Assembly (NCBI RefSeq): GCF_006345805.1
Contig: NC_043009.1
Location: forward strand, 64,852,001-64,916,000
Reading direction: 5' to 3'
From: Octopus sinensis
Lineage: Eukaryota
DNA length: 64,000 bases
The notes below the pieces were generated by a model. The model had not been told where the DNA came from, did not search any database, and saw nothing but the letters and a program-made list of their open reading frames with translations. Of the stretch, positions 1 to 12,029 are shown piece by piece (the stretch's first letter is position 1; each line of letters begins with the position of its first letter). The position numbers and the translations under genes were made by a program.

Positions 1-601
1 ACTCATTTCACCCTTTTTGGATAGACTTGTGACTGGTGACGAAAAATGGATCTTCTATTGAAATGTTAAACATCGTAAACAGTGGCTTGGTAAAAGGGAA
101 AAGGCTCAACCACAACCAAGAAAGAAACTTCATGGGAAAAAAGGTTCTTCTCTCTATCTGGTGGGATTGCAAAGGAGTAATTCCATTTGAATTGTTACCA
201 CCTAATGCAACAATCTACTCTCAGCAATTAGAGCGTTTGAACCAAGCTTTGAAGAAAAAAAGACCCACTTTAGTGAATTGAAAAGGAGTGATGTTTCATC
301 AGGACAATGCGTGACCCCACACTGAAAAGATCACATCACAGAAGATAGAAGAGCTTGGTTGGGAAAAAATTCCTCAACCACCTTATCCTCCCGACCTTGC
401 TCCTTCAGACTATGTTTCGTAGAATCATTTGGGGGACATAATTTTCACAAGCCAGGATGAGGTTGAAACTGGCATTTCAGAGTTCTTCGCTTTGAAACCA
501 AGAGTTTTACATTGATGATTAAACTTAAATTAAATATAACATTTGATCACTAGTTTTCTTTATTCGAAATTCGGACAAAACTTATGGGATGACCTGATAT
601 A
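1..601 (+). mobile_element. Mariner (Tc1/mariner, DD34D) transposase relic, 3' half plus right TIR
   Basis: Broken frames give VTGDEKW, KKVLLSIWWDCKGVI, MFHQDNA*PH and PPYPPDLAPSDY. A TIR-like end CGGACAAAACTTATGGGATGACCTGATA followed by TA lies at about 572-601. Stops and frameshifts are present. Confidence 0.9.
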
Positions 602-1109
602 ATAGACATGTAGCTACGAAGTTCACTCAACAATGACAAGATTCTGGGATCAAATACACTGCACAGCACCTTCAGTAAGTCACATCTACTCAAGCTGTGG
701 GTTGACTGAAGTCTTGAAGAGAATTTGGTAGTCAGAATCTGAGCACTGTGTGTGTGTGTAAACATTGTGCGCCTTCATTTCAAAAGGTAACATTTCAAAA
801 GTCATTTCATAAAACAAGTCTCTGGAGTCCTTACATTCAACTTAAATCCTTGAGAGCAGTTCCAAGTCATGGCTGAAGTCCAATGAGTGAAACCAGCAAA
901 AGAATAATCGTTTCTCCATAGACTACAGGAATTTATGAATCTAAAGTTTAGTTGTGGGTCCTATTGAACTCTAAAGGACTCTGTGATCTTGACTAATGCC
1001 CCAGTTAAGGTTACAACTAGTCCGTACAAAAACAATGCATGCTCATGTAGAACTAATAGGGGTTGCGGGGAAACAATAGCAGCTACACACACACACAACT
1101 ATTTAGTAT

Positions 1110-1260
1110 AGGTCTGCTTTCCATGTTGGCATGGGTTGGATAATTTGACCAGAGCTGGCAAGGCTGGAGAGCTGCACCAGGCTCCAGTCTGATTTGGCAT
1201 GGTTTCTACAGCTAGATGCCCTTCCTAAAGCCAACACACTTTACAGTGTGGCACCAGCAC
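1110..1260 (-). mobile_element. Degenerate 3'-UTR fragment of the RTE family found at 8215-11726
   Basis: Reverse-complement match to GGCGTTAGGAAGGGCATC...CCAACCCATGCTAGCATGGAAAGC. Confidence 0.65.
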
Positions 1261-1433
1261 AAGCGCTTTTAATTGGCACCAACATAAGTGCTTCTCACAA
1301 ATGACAACAACAACACAGGACTCATACAGGCCAACCCGCTTTATCAGGTGGAGTGGCCTTTATACTTCTGCTGTGCAGAATGAGTGTTCTTGAGGACAGC
1401 GAGATGCCAGGTATCTCCTGTGTGCGTGTGTGT

Positions 1434-1720
1434 GAAGGCACATGGCTTAGTGGTTAAGGTGTTGCATTCATGATTGCAAGATCGTGGGTTCAATTCCCAG
1501 ACCGGGCGTTGCGTTGTGTTCTTGAGCAAAGCACTTCATTTCACATTGCTCTGCAATCATTTCGACACCTGACATGTGGCACATAGTGCATCTGTACAGG
1601 TAATGTCGATCTGATGGAGGGAGTGAGCTTATGTCTACACAAACATTTGATCACTAAAAACAAATCATGTTGTGTGGTTGTTTGGTAAGAAACTGTCGAA
1701 CTCTTATGCATCATCTAACA
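1434..1720 (+). mobile_element. tRNA-derived SINE, family D
   Basis: A-box/B-box head GTGAAGGCACATGGCTTAGTGGTTAAG...GGTTCAATTCCC followed by GTTCTTGAGCAAAGCACTT. Related copies at 47125 and 34990. Confidence 0.7.
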
Positions 1721-1994
1721 ACAGGAGAGTCCATTTTATACATAGTCAACAGGTAAGATCCTGAGACTTGAACTTACACTCAAATGATTTGAACTCACAC
1801 TCTGAAGAATCCATTGAGGACTAAGTCCCTGGGTTAAAAAAGTGGCAGTAAGAGGAATCCAGGAGAGCTGATATGGAGAGTGATGCAAATAAACATGATG
1901 GGCTTCGTATATAAAATATACATACATATACACATGTAAATATAAAGAAAGAGAAACAAAAACTTAAAATATCCAGAAGAGGAACACTCGTGTA

Positions 1995-2333
1995 AAAGCT
2001 GGCTTCCGTGCCAGTGCAGTGGCACATAAAAGGGCACCATTCGAGCGTGATCGTTACCAACGTCGCCTTACTGGCACCTGCGCTAGTGACATGTGTAAAA
2101 GGATTCGAGCAAGGTCGTTGCCAGTACCGCCTGACTGGCCCCCGTGCCGGTGGCACGTAAAAAGCACCCACTACACTCTCGGAGTTGTTGGCGTTAGGAA
2201 GGGCATCCAGCTGTAGAAACTCTGCCAGATCAAGATTGGAGCCTGGTGCAGCCATCTGGTTCACCAGCCCTCAGTCAAATCGTCCAACCCATGCTAGCAT
2301 GGAAAGCAGACGTTAAACGATGATGATGATGAT
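1995..2333 (+). mobile_element. 5'-truncated copy of the RTE 3' UTR (or a SINE sharing it) with (GAT)n tail
   Basis: GTGCCGGTGGCACGTAAAAAGCACCCACTACACTC...CGTTAAACGATGATGAT; same end as 11530-11726. Confidence 0.8.
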
Positions 2334-2526
2334 ATTTATATAATTACAGAACAAATTTACATGGAGTACAACAAATAGGGAAAACTAAGGGAAGAGGACA
2401 TTACCAACTTTGGCCATTATCAGTTCCCAGAGATTCTGGCTGTCATTCTTTATTTAATTAGCTGCCATCTCTCGTGTATACGGTTTGGTTATTTATAACT
2501 GGAGCGATTGAGCAACAACAACATCA

Positions 2527-2634
<108 letters not shown>

Positions 2635-2664
2635 TTAATCTCAAATTGAAGATGGAAAATAATC

Positions 2665-2931
2665 AGACGGAAACTGAAAGAAGCCCGTCGTATATATGTA
2701 TATATATATGTATGTGTGTGTATATGTTTGTGTGTCTGTGTTTGTCCCCCTAGCATTGCTTGACAACCGATGCTGGTGTGTTTATGTCCCCATCACTTAG
2801 CGGTTCGGCAAAAGAGACCAATAGAATAAGTACTGGGCTTACAAAAGAATAAGTCCCAGGGTCGATTTGCTCGATTAAAGGTGGTGCTCCAGCATGGGCG
2901 CAGTCAAATGACTGAAACAAGTAAAAGAGAG
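2665..2931 (+). mobile_element. tRNA-derived SINE family A, 3' half
   Basis: GACGGAAACTGAAAGAAGCCCGTCG, internal TA/TG microsatellite, ...GAAACAAGTAAAAGAG end shared with many copies. Confidence 0.85.
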
Positions 2932-3586
2932 AGGTAATTATTTCAGAAGACGATGTTTTAGTTCTGCTGCCCACAGAACAATTCTATATAAGATTCAAAC
3001 ACAGTACATTGCCATTATTTTACTAAATCTAAGATGATGGAAGAGAATCCCAATGTACGGCTGTGTGGTTAAGGAGCTTGTTTTGCAAATATGGTTTCAG
3101 GTTCAGTCCCACAGTGCGGGTGGGCAGAAACTGTGGGGAAGCCCATTAGGTGTGTGTGTGTCCGTGTTTGTCCACTGCCACTGCTTGACAATTTAGTGTT
3201 GGTTTGATTATGTCCCCATAAGTGAGCTGCTCAGCAAAGAAATTGATAGGAGAAGTACTAAACTCAGCATTAATTACTGGGGTTGATTCCTTTGACTAAA
3301 CCCATGAAGACGGTGCCCCAACATGGCACATAAAAAGTAAAAAGTATATGAATTAAGTGGTTAGGGCGTTTGGCTCAGGACCATAACGCTGTGGGTTCGA
3401 TTTCTGAACAAGGCAGAGGGTTGTGTTTTTTAAACAAGTTACTTCCAGCCTATTCAATTGTAAGGAGTACCAGCTAAGTGCAGGTGCAGCCCCCCTCTCT
3501 CTCTCTCCTTCCAGATGTCACATCTGAGATGTGCTTTTTGGTACGAAGGCTGAGAGGGTATCTGTCTGCTCTCAACTATATGGGCA

Positions 3587-3850
3587 CATCATCATCATCG
3601 TTTAACGTCCGCTTTCCATGCTAGCATGGGTTGGACAATTTGACCAAGGACTGGCGAACTAGATGGCTGAGCCAGGCTCCAATCTGATCTGGCAGAGTTT
3701 CTATAGCTGGATGACCTTTCTAATGCCAACCACTCCGAGAGTGTAGTGGGTGCTTTTAAAGTGCTACCGGTGTGCGGGCCAGTCTGGCGGTACTGGCAAC
3801 GGCCACGCTCGAAAATGGTGTTTTTTTACGAGCCACCTGCACAGGAGCCA
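3587..3850 (-). mobile_element. 5'-truncated copy of the RTE 3' UTR
   Basis: (CAT)n then GTTTAACGTCCGCTTTCCATGCTAGCATGGGTTGG; reverse complement of the 11726 end. Confidence 0.8.
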
Positions 3851-4698
3851 GTTCAGCAACCATGGTACACGTTAGCAAGCCATACAGACTCACAAGCAAA
3901 AGCTGATTGTGCTGCACTGTACTTTTCCCATAGGTGGATTATATTGAAGAATACCATGATGAGGATGATCAATGGCTGGATGAACTCAAGAATGGGGCAG
4001 AGGTAAATCACCATCATCATTGTTTAAGGTTCACTTTCCATGTTTGCATGGGACAGATAACTATTGCTGAGGCAGGTTTTCTGCAGCCAGGTGCTCATCT
4101 TTTTATGAACGCTCACCTGTTGCTAAGCGATATTTCCCATGGCTGACATGTTTCTGATGCAAGACTAGAAACGAACATTATCCCATGATGTTAAGACAAG
4201 GGTACGCACAATGGGCTTCTTTTAGTTTCCATCCACCAAATCCACTCACAAGGCTTTGATTGGCCCTGAGCTAGAGAAGGTACCTGCCACACAGTGAGAT
4301 TGAACCCAAGGCCTCATGGTTAAGAAGCAAGCTTTCCAACCTCAGAATCACACCTGTGTTGAGCCACATGACTATGTCTATACCTATACTATATACTACT
4401 ACCCAACCAATTTTGAATAACTCAATCTTATTCAACATCTTAGACAAGATTTGAACCCTGAAGTATCAGATTAGATATTATAAAACAATCCCTCCACAAG
4501 ACACATAGAGCCAATGAGGGAGTCCCCTCTATGATGGACCAATTTATTATAAACAGCAGTCAAGTCTTCCCCTGAATCACACTCTACTCTGTGTATTAAC
4601 ACAGGAAGGAACAATTTTAAACAGTGTAGTCCTTGAAAGCCCCAAAACAATTTAAATGATCTGGATTGAATGATTTCTGATCAAAGGTTTGCTTAATT

Positions 4699-4925
4699 GA
4701 GCTGGCAGAAACGTTACCGCGCCGGGCGAAATGTGTAGCCGTATTTCGTCTGCCGTTACGTTCTGTGTTCAAATTCCACCGAGGTCGACTTTGCCTTTCA
4801 TCCTTTCGGGGTCGATAAATTAAGTACCAGTTTCACACTGGGGTCGATATAATCGACTTAATCCATTTGTCTGTCCTTGTTTGTCCCCTCTGTGTTTAGC
4901 TCCTTGTGGGTAGTAAAGAAATATA
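4699..4925 (+). mobile_element. tRNA-derived SINE family B
   Basis: GAGCTGGCAGAAACGTT...TTCAAATTCC.CCGAGGTCGACTTTGCCTTTCATCCTTTCGGGGTCGATAAATTAAGTACC; more than 10 copies in the window. Confidence 0.85.
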
Positions 4926-5705
4926 TATAACACTTCCTTTTGTTCTAATTAGTATTTCTGAAAAACGTGGATATTTGCATACAGAACAAACTTCACCGCT
5001 GCTCAGACAGTCAGTTTTCTTGCAATTAACCATTCAGCTGTAAACTAAGTACTTTTTCTTCTTTTTTTGTTAATGAGCAAACTGAAGCAGATTAAATATA
5101 CTTTGTCTCATAAACAATGGCAGAATTTGTTCCGAGTTCCTGACCTCAAAGTCAATAGTCCATCGCATTAATCTCTTTATTGCCAGCTTAAAGTATTTAG
5201 ATCTTAACTTCTTACAAAGCCACAAGCCATTTTGCAAATATGAAAGTATAGTTAAAAAATATAATAAACTATTCCAAGGAATGCCACTAGTTGACTGATG
5301 GGGTCTGCTTAATTAACTGTTCCCCTATTAGAAACCATTATTATAACCATCTGTGCATATAAAAAGCACCTGGTATACTCTGTTTGGTGTTAGGAAGAGC
5401 ATCTAGTTGTAGAAACCTTGTAAAAACAGACAGAACCTGGCATGGATCCTGTCAAACCAACAACCCTATGCCAACATGGTAAACAAACATTGATGATATA
5501 CATATATGAAATGAAAAGCAATTTCATCTGAGCATGTGGCTGGCTTTGAATAAATCCACTCACAAGGCTTTAGTCAGCCCGAGGCTACAGAAGACACTTG
5601 CCCAAGGAAGTATGCAGTGGGACTGAACCTGGAACAATGTAGTTAGGAAGCAAGTTTCTTACCACACAGCCACAGTATGTTGGGAAATGTCATATATGTG
5701 ATTTG

Positions 5706-5905
5706 ACCATTTAGCGTTTAAACGAGCCATGTTCAACCTAAATATTCCGATTGTTTTATGTTCAAACTGGTCACAGTTGGCCTCTCACACCTAGCCTACA
5801 ATGTCATTCTAAGAGTAAACAATCACATCATGAAAATCTCGAAGCCACAAGGTAATGTATGACTGATGCAAAACAATGGGAATAAATAAGCAACATGTTC
5901 GACAG
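5706..5905. mobile_element. Degenerate copy of the piggyBac-type MITE seen at 21478-21698
   Basis: Aligns by eye along its length: TTTAGCGTTTAAAC...TTTTATGTTCAAACTGG...CTCTCACAC...CCTACAATGTC. Confidence 0.6.
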
Positions 5906-6919
5906 AATCATTGTGGCACTCCATCAGTTACAACGACAAGGGTTCCAGTTGATCCAATCAACGGAACAGCCTGCTCATGAAATTAACGTGCAAGTGGCTG
6001 AGCACTCCACAGACATGTGTACCCTTAACGTAGTTCTTGAGTAAATTCAGCGTGACACAGAGTGTGACAGGGCTGGCCCTTTGAAATACAGGTACAACAG
6101 AAGCAGGAAGAAAGAGCAAGAGAAAGTCGGAGCCTTGTGAAGCTTTAAGTGTTTTTGCTCAATAAACACTCACAACGCCTTGTCTGGGAATCGAAACCAC
6201 TTCTATAGAATAATCTGGATGCCAAGGGGTTGAGTTTGGCTGACTGGTAAACAGTCTCCAAACCAACTTCATTGTGGAGTATGGAGGCATGGAGATGTGG
6301 AAAACAACTTCACTAACAACAACATTTCTTACAAGGCCTTAACATCCCATCCATGCTCACCTGATGAAGTGAACCAAAATAATTTTGTTGTTCTTTGTCA
6401 TTTGTGGCCATGCTGGAGCACTGCCTTGAAGAATTCTAGTCAAATGAATCAACCCCCACCCCAGTACTTTCCTTGTTTTAAACTCGGTACTAATTCAATC
6501 GCTAAGTTACAGGCCAATGGCAGTTGCCAAATGGGGGTGGGAAACAAATACACACTCATATATACAGAGTATATATGATGGGCTTCTTTCAGTTTCCATC
6601 TACCAAATCCACTCACAAGACCTTAGTCAACCTGAAGCTAAGGTAGAAGATACCTGCTCAAGGTGTCACATAGTGGGACTGAACCTGGAACCAGGCGGTT
6701 AGGAAGCAAACGTCTTAGTACAGAGCTAAATATTTTCTTTTCAGTGCAATATGCAATTTCTGTGTCAACCTTGGACCAAGACCTGGAGTATCACTACTTG
6801 TTCATTTTTCCACACCAGCTTAGGACAGACACTATTTATTTGTATCTGAGCAAGATGAAACTAATTTTGCTGAAGGCTTCACTCAAAGGAAAAGTTATAA
6901 ACTTTAATAACAAGGGTTT

Positions 6920-7060
6920 AGGACATTATTTACATTTGACGGATATTTGTCCTCGTCTTGTTTGTTGCTGACACAGCGTTTCGGCTGATATACCCTCCAG
7001 CCTTCATCAGGTGTCTTAGGGGAAATTTCGAACCTCGGTTCTCATTCCTAAGGTATTTTT
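6920..7060 (-). mobile_element. Penelope-like element terminal fragment with type-I hammerhead motif
   Basis: Minus strand GACAC-CTGATGA-A-GGCTG(loop)CAGCC-GAAAC-GCT-GTGTC. Stems I and II are intact and the cleavage-triplet U is mutated. Same family as 28615-28795. Confidence 0.7.
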
Positions 7061-7399
7061 TGATGTTGTTGTTATTACTGTTATTATTATTATTATTATT
7101 ATTACTATTCACGTCTCTGCTTGGAATCGAACTCAGAATCTTGGGGTTAGGAATTTTAGTATATTTTTTTTATTTCAGTTTGAAATTTCAAATTGGTTAG
7201 ACTAAAATTTGAAGGCAGAAAATACCACATTAAAATATATTTTTACACGTGAAACTGAATAAATAATAATAATAATAAAAACGAATTTGGATTCAAATAA
7301 TAAAACACCAAATTTTATTTTATTGATTGTATTGATGAGATTTGACATATGAAGAACATTTGATTTGAGGAAGGAAAACAAAAACCCCACAATACTCAC

Positions 7400-7427
7400 C
7401 CCAGGCCCATAAAGCTACAGCATTCCA
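7400..7427 (-). CDS. RBX1: RBX1 coding exon 2, 28-nt micro-exon (phase 0-1): WNAVALWAW(D)
   Basis: Acceptor attctcatttcag and donor G|gtgagt. Peptide is the invariant RBX1 WNAVALWAW and joins exons 1 and 3 in frame. Confidence 0.96.
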
Positions 7428-7707
7428 CTGAAATGAGAATTTTCATGATTTAGTTAAATAGTTAAAATTGGGTACACTGGTAATAAAAGATTATTATTTT
7501 TAGATTATCATCATTTTCATGTCTGTTTTCCAATGGTTTGGAACTATTTGTTTTTGAACTGTTATAAAAAAATTCAAAGTTTATTAAAAGGTACCAGGGT
7601 AATATACCAGACTGCAAAGAAGGTCCTGTTGCATTTTTGATAGGATTACTTTGAAGGCACTATTTCAGTACTTGCTGTAAAATAAACATCAATTTTTTTC
7701 CATTCTA

Positions 7708-8072
7708 ACTCTTTTACTTGATTCAGTCATTTGACTGCGGCCATGCTGGAGCACCACCTTTAGTCAAGCAAATCGACCCCAGGACTTATTCTTTGTAAGC
7801 ATAGTGTTTATTCTATTGGTCTCTTTTGCCGAACTGCTAAGTTACGAGGGACGTAAACACACCAGCATCGGTTGTCAAGTGGTGGTGGAGAGGAGAAACA
7901 CAAACACATAAATACACACACATATATACATACGATGGGCTTCTTTCAGTTTCCATCCACCAAATCCACTTACAAGGCTATAGTAGAAGACACTTGCACA
8001 AGGTGCCATGTAGTGGGACTGAACCTGGAACCATGTGGTTCGTAAGCAAGCTACTTACCACAAAGCCACTCC
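7708..8072 (-). mobile_element. tRNA-derived SINE family A, near full length
   Basis: Head GTGGCT.TGTGGTAAGTAGCTTGC...GGTTC.AGGTTCAGTCCC (A/B boxes), then CCTTGxGCAAGTGTCTT, internal microsatellite and AGTAAAAGAG tail. Confidence 0.88.
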
Positions 8073-8233
8073 TTAAAAGTATTTGTTCTGCCCATGAAAT
8101 GATGTTTTAAGTGTCCAGACATGCTAATGATGGTTTGCCCAGTTTTACTTGCAAAATTTTTTTCTTGCAGACTCTCCTCTATCTAGATGACCAAATTCTG
8201 TCAATATTGAGCTTGTTGGACATGCTGGTCATG

Positions 8234-10836
8234 TCCAACGACATGGTCATGTTGGACGACATGCTGGGGGCTTCCACGGCGTACATGGAGGCTATGGCTC
8301 TGGTTCCCGCAACGAGGAGGGAACCAGGCTGCTGGAGTTCTGCGATGCAAATAATCTTATGATTTGCAACACTAACTTCAGGAAACCTACCAGCCACCTA
8401 CCGATCGGGCCAACATACCAGCCAAATTGACTACATCCTTGCCAGGCAAAGGGAGAGATGGCTACTTATAAATGCCAAAACCTTCCCAGGCGAAGAATGC
8501 GCCCCACAACATAGACTGGTAGTTAGTGACTTTAGGATCAGGAGTAGGAGGACAACCAGAAGACGACCAACATGGAGAAGAAGGATCTGGAAGCTTAAGG
8601 ATCCTGTGAATGGACAGAGATTTAGAGACATGTTACTTGAAGCCTTTGACGAAGTAGAAGGGGATAGTGTATCACATGGGGTAGAGGACAACTGGACGTT
8701 TCTAAGGGACAACCTGCTGAGAGCCACTGACCAGATCTGTGGCTGGTGCAAAGTCCCCTCTCGTCCCAAGGTAATGTGGTGGTGGAACAGTGTCGTAGAC
8801 AGGGCTATTAGAGAAAAGAGACAGACTTGGAAGCACTGGAAGAATGGTGGTAGCAGGGAATTGTATCAGACTGCTAAAAGGGAAGCTAGGAGACAGGTCT
8901 ATCTAGCCAGAGGGGAAGCAGATAAGAAAAAATTTGCCAATGTTCTGCGCCATGAGGACCAAAGACTGGAGGTGTTTCGCGTTGCAAGACAGTGTGTGAG
9001 AGAGAATTGTGATGTGGTGGGAGAGAAGTGTGTTCGCATGGAAGATGGTTCACTTGCGCTAAACGAGGATGCAAAGAGAGAGGCTTGGAGACGCCACTAT
9101 GAAAGGTTGCTGAATAAAGAAAATGAATGGGATAAAGAGAGTCTGCCGAACGTTGACCCAACAGAGGGACCAGCTATCAGGGTTGATAGTTCCTTAGTAG
9201 CTAAGGCAATTAGAAGCATGAAGACAGGGAAAGCCCCAGGCCCATCAGGTATCACTGCAGAGATGCTCAAAATATCTGGTAGTGTCGGCTATAGCCTAGT
9301 CACCTGTATAGTTAATCAGGTGATACATGAAGGAGTCATACCCAATGACTGGTGTAGCAGCATAATAGTCAACTGCTACAAAGGTAAAGGTGATGCCCTA
9401 GATACAAATAATTACAGAGGTATCAAGCTGTTGGATCAGGTGATGAAGGTTACAGAGAGGGTCATAAGCCAACTAATTAGAGAGAGAGTTAGTTTAGATG
9501 AGATGCAGTTTGGTTTCGTGCCAGGGAAAAGTACCACTGATGCTATATTCCTGGTAAGGCAGCTGCAGGAGAAATACCTAGCCAAAGATAAGCCCTTGTA
9601 CCTGGCTTTTGTTGACATGGAGAAAGCCTTCGACAGGGTCCCCCGATCCCTCATATGGTGGTCAATGAGGAAACTAGGAATAGAAGAATGGTTAGTGAGA
9701 GCTGTGCAAGCCATGTACAGGGACGCTGCTAGTAAGGTGAGGGTTGGAAATGAGTACAGTGAAGAATTCCGGGTAGAGGTAGGGGTCCACCAAGGCTCAG
9801 TCCTAAGCCCCCTCCTATTTATCATAGTCCTCCAGGCAATAACGGAGGAATTCAAGACAGGATGCCCCTGGGAGCTCCTCTATGCTGATGACCTTGTTCT
9901 AATTGCTGAGTCATTATCAGAACTGGAGAAGAAGTTTCAGGTGTGGAAGCATGGTTTAGAATCAAAGGGCCTTAGAGTCAACCTAGCTAAAACCAAAGTC
10001 GTAATAAGTAGGAAGGTAGACAAATCACAAACGCCTTCAGGTAGATGGCCCTGCTCGATCTGTAGAAAAGGTGTAGGTAGAAACTCTATAAGATGCACCA
10101 AGTGTAAGCTATGGACACATAAGAGGTGCAGCAATGTCATAGGAAGGCTAACTAGGAAGATGGTTTTTGTATGTGGCAGATGCTCGGGAGCATTAACCTC
10201 TGAAAATCTGCAGAAAACAACTTCCGTCACTTTCCAGGGGGAAAAACTAGAAGTAGTTGATAGCTTCCGTTATCTTGGTGACCAAGTCAGTAGTGGGGGT
10301 GGGTGTGCTGAAAGTGTAACGGCTAGAGTAAGAATAGCCTGGGCAAAGTTTAGGGAGCTCTTACCTCTGTTGGTGACTAAAGGCCTCTCGCTCAGAGTAA
10401 AAGGCAGACTGTATGATGCATGTGTACGAACAGCCATGCTACATGGCAGTGAAACATGGGCCGTGACTGCTGAGGACATGCGTAAGCTCGCGAGAAATGA
10501 AGCTAGTATGCTCCGTTGGATGTGTATGTCAGTGTTCATAGTCGACAGAGTGTAAGTACCTTGAGAGAAAAGTTGGACCTAAGAGGCATCAGATGTTGTG
10601 TGCAAGAGAGACGATTGCGCTGGTATGGTCATGTGGCGAGAATGGATGAAGATAGGTGTGTGAAAAAGTGCCACACCCTGGCAGTTGAGGGGACCTGTGG
10701 AAGAGGTAGACCCAGGAAAACCTGGGTCGAGGTGGTGAAGCACGACCTCCGAACTCTAGGTCTCACCAAGGAAATGACCAGAGACCGAGACCTATGGAAG
10801 TATGCTGTGCGTCAGAAGACCCGGCAAGACCAGTGA
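8234..10836 (+). pseudogene. RTE ORF (APE C-terminal part, reverse transcriptase, internal C4HC3 finger) with two frameshifts
   Basis: APE: GHVG..., NEEGTRLLEFC, SQIDYIL. RT: NYRGIKLL, QFGF, FVDMEKAFD, GVHQGSVLSP, YADD (9881-9892), FRYLG, LHGSETW, RLRWYGHVAR. Frameshifts occur near 8400 (short deletion) and near 10526 (1-nt deletion). Confidence 0.93.
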
Positions 10837-10880
10837 GAACAATCAAAATCAAATCATATATCAGAAAGCAGGGGTTAAGT

Positions 10881-11560
10881 GACCCATCCGTTCGTGTCCG
10901 CTGTCAGCCTCGTCTGGTACCCGTGCCGGTGATACGTAAAAGCACCATTCGCTCATGGCCGTTTGCCAGCTCTGCCTGGCCCCGTGTCGGTGGCACGTAA
11001 AAGCACCATCCGTTCGTGTTCGTTGCCAACCTCGCCTGGCCCCGTGCCGGTGACACGTAAAAGCACCATCCGTTCGTAGCTGTTTGCCAGCTCTGTCTGG
11101 CCCCGTGTCGGTGGCACGTAAAAGCACCATCCGTTCGTGGCCGTTTGCCAGCTCTGTCTGGCCCGTGTCGGTGGCACGTAAAAGCACCATCCGTCCGTGT
11201 CCGTTGCCAGCCTCGGCTGGTCCCCGTGCCGGTGACACGTAAAAGCACCGTCCGCTCGTGGCAGTTTGCCAGCTCTGTCTGGCAACCGTGTCGGTGGCAC
11301 GTAAAAGCACCATCCGTTCGCGTCCGTTGCCAGCCTCGGCTGGCCCCCGTGCCGGTGACACGTAAAAGCACCGTCCGTTCGTGGCCGGTTGCCAGCTCTG
11401 TCTGGCCCCGTGTCGGTGGCACGTAAAAGCACCATCCGTTCATGTCCGTTGCCAGCATCGCCTGGCCCTGTGCCGGTGACACGTAAAAGCACCATCCGTT
11501 CGTGGCCATTCGCCAGCTCTGTCTGGCACCTGTGCAGGTGGCACGTAAAAAACACCCACT
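10881..11560 (+). repeat. Tandem array of about 11 units of about 61 bp inside the RTE 3' UTR
   Basis: Each unit carries GTG(C/T)CGGTG(G/A)CACGTAAAAGCACC(A/G)TCCG. Two unit types largely alternate. Confidence 0.92.
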
Positions 11561-12029
11561 ACACTCGCGGAGTGGTTGGCGTTAGGAAGGGCATCCAGCC
11601 GTAGAAACACTGCCAGATCTGACTGGGCCTGACGAAGCCTTCCAGCTTCACAGACCCCAGTTGACCCATCCAACCCATGCTAGCATGGAAAGCGGACGCT
11701 AAACGATGATGATGATGATGATGATGATTGAGCTTCTGAAAACCAAAGCAAACTACGGAAGAATTTGCAAAGCAATTCAATTTGAGTCATATTTTGACCA
11801 TAAAAAATCTTAAGGAGTCTCAACCTGCTCAAATGGATCCCTCATCACCTGGCAGTTTTTTAACTCACTCAAAGAGTTGCTCTCCACAACAATTGAACAA
11901 CTCCATAAACGTAAATAATATATTTGAGTAAATTAAAGACACGAGTAAGAACTAAAGTAATCCAACACCAGGAGTTAAGTTCCACTTGAGACGCAAGTGA
12001 TTTTATATCAGTGCAAACATGAAAGTTTA

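Larger units (their letters stand above)
8215..11726 (+). mobile_element. RTE-clade LINE insertion, 5'-truncated, in RBX1 intron 1 (antisense to RBX1), with 9-bp TSD
   Basis: ATTGAGCTT occurs at 8206-8214 and again at 11727-11735. The element contains a partial APE domain, RT, a 3' UTR and a (GAT)n tail. Confidence 0.92.

Noticed and set aside
10881-11560. CRISPR-like appearance of the 61-bp array and of the 33-bp array at 48365-48880
   Set aside because: No unique spacers, eukaryotic context and no cas genes.
10861-11673. Several 70-200 aa ORFs on both strands
   Set aside because: Products of the GC-rich 61-bp tandem array in the RTE 3' UTR; not a gene.
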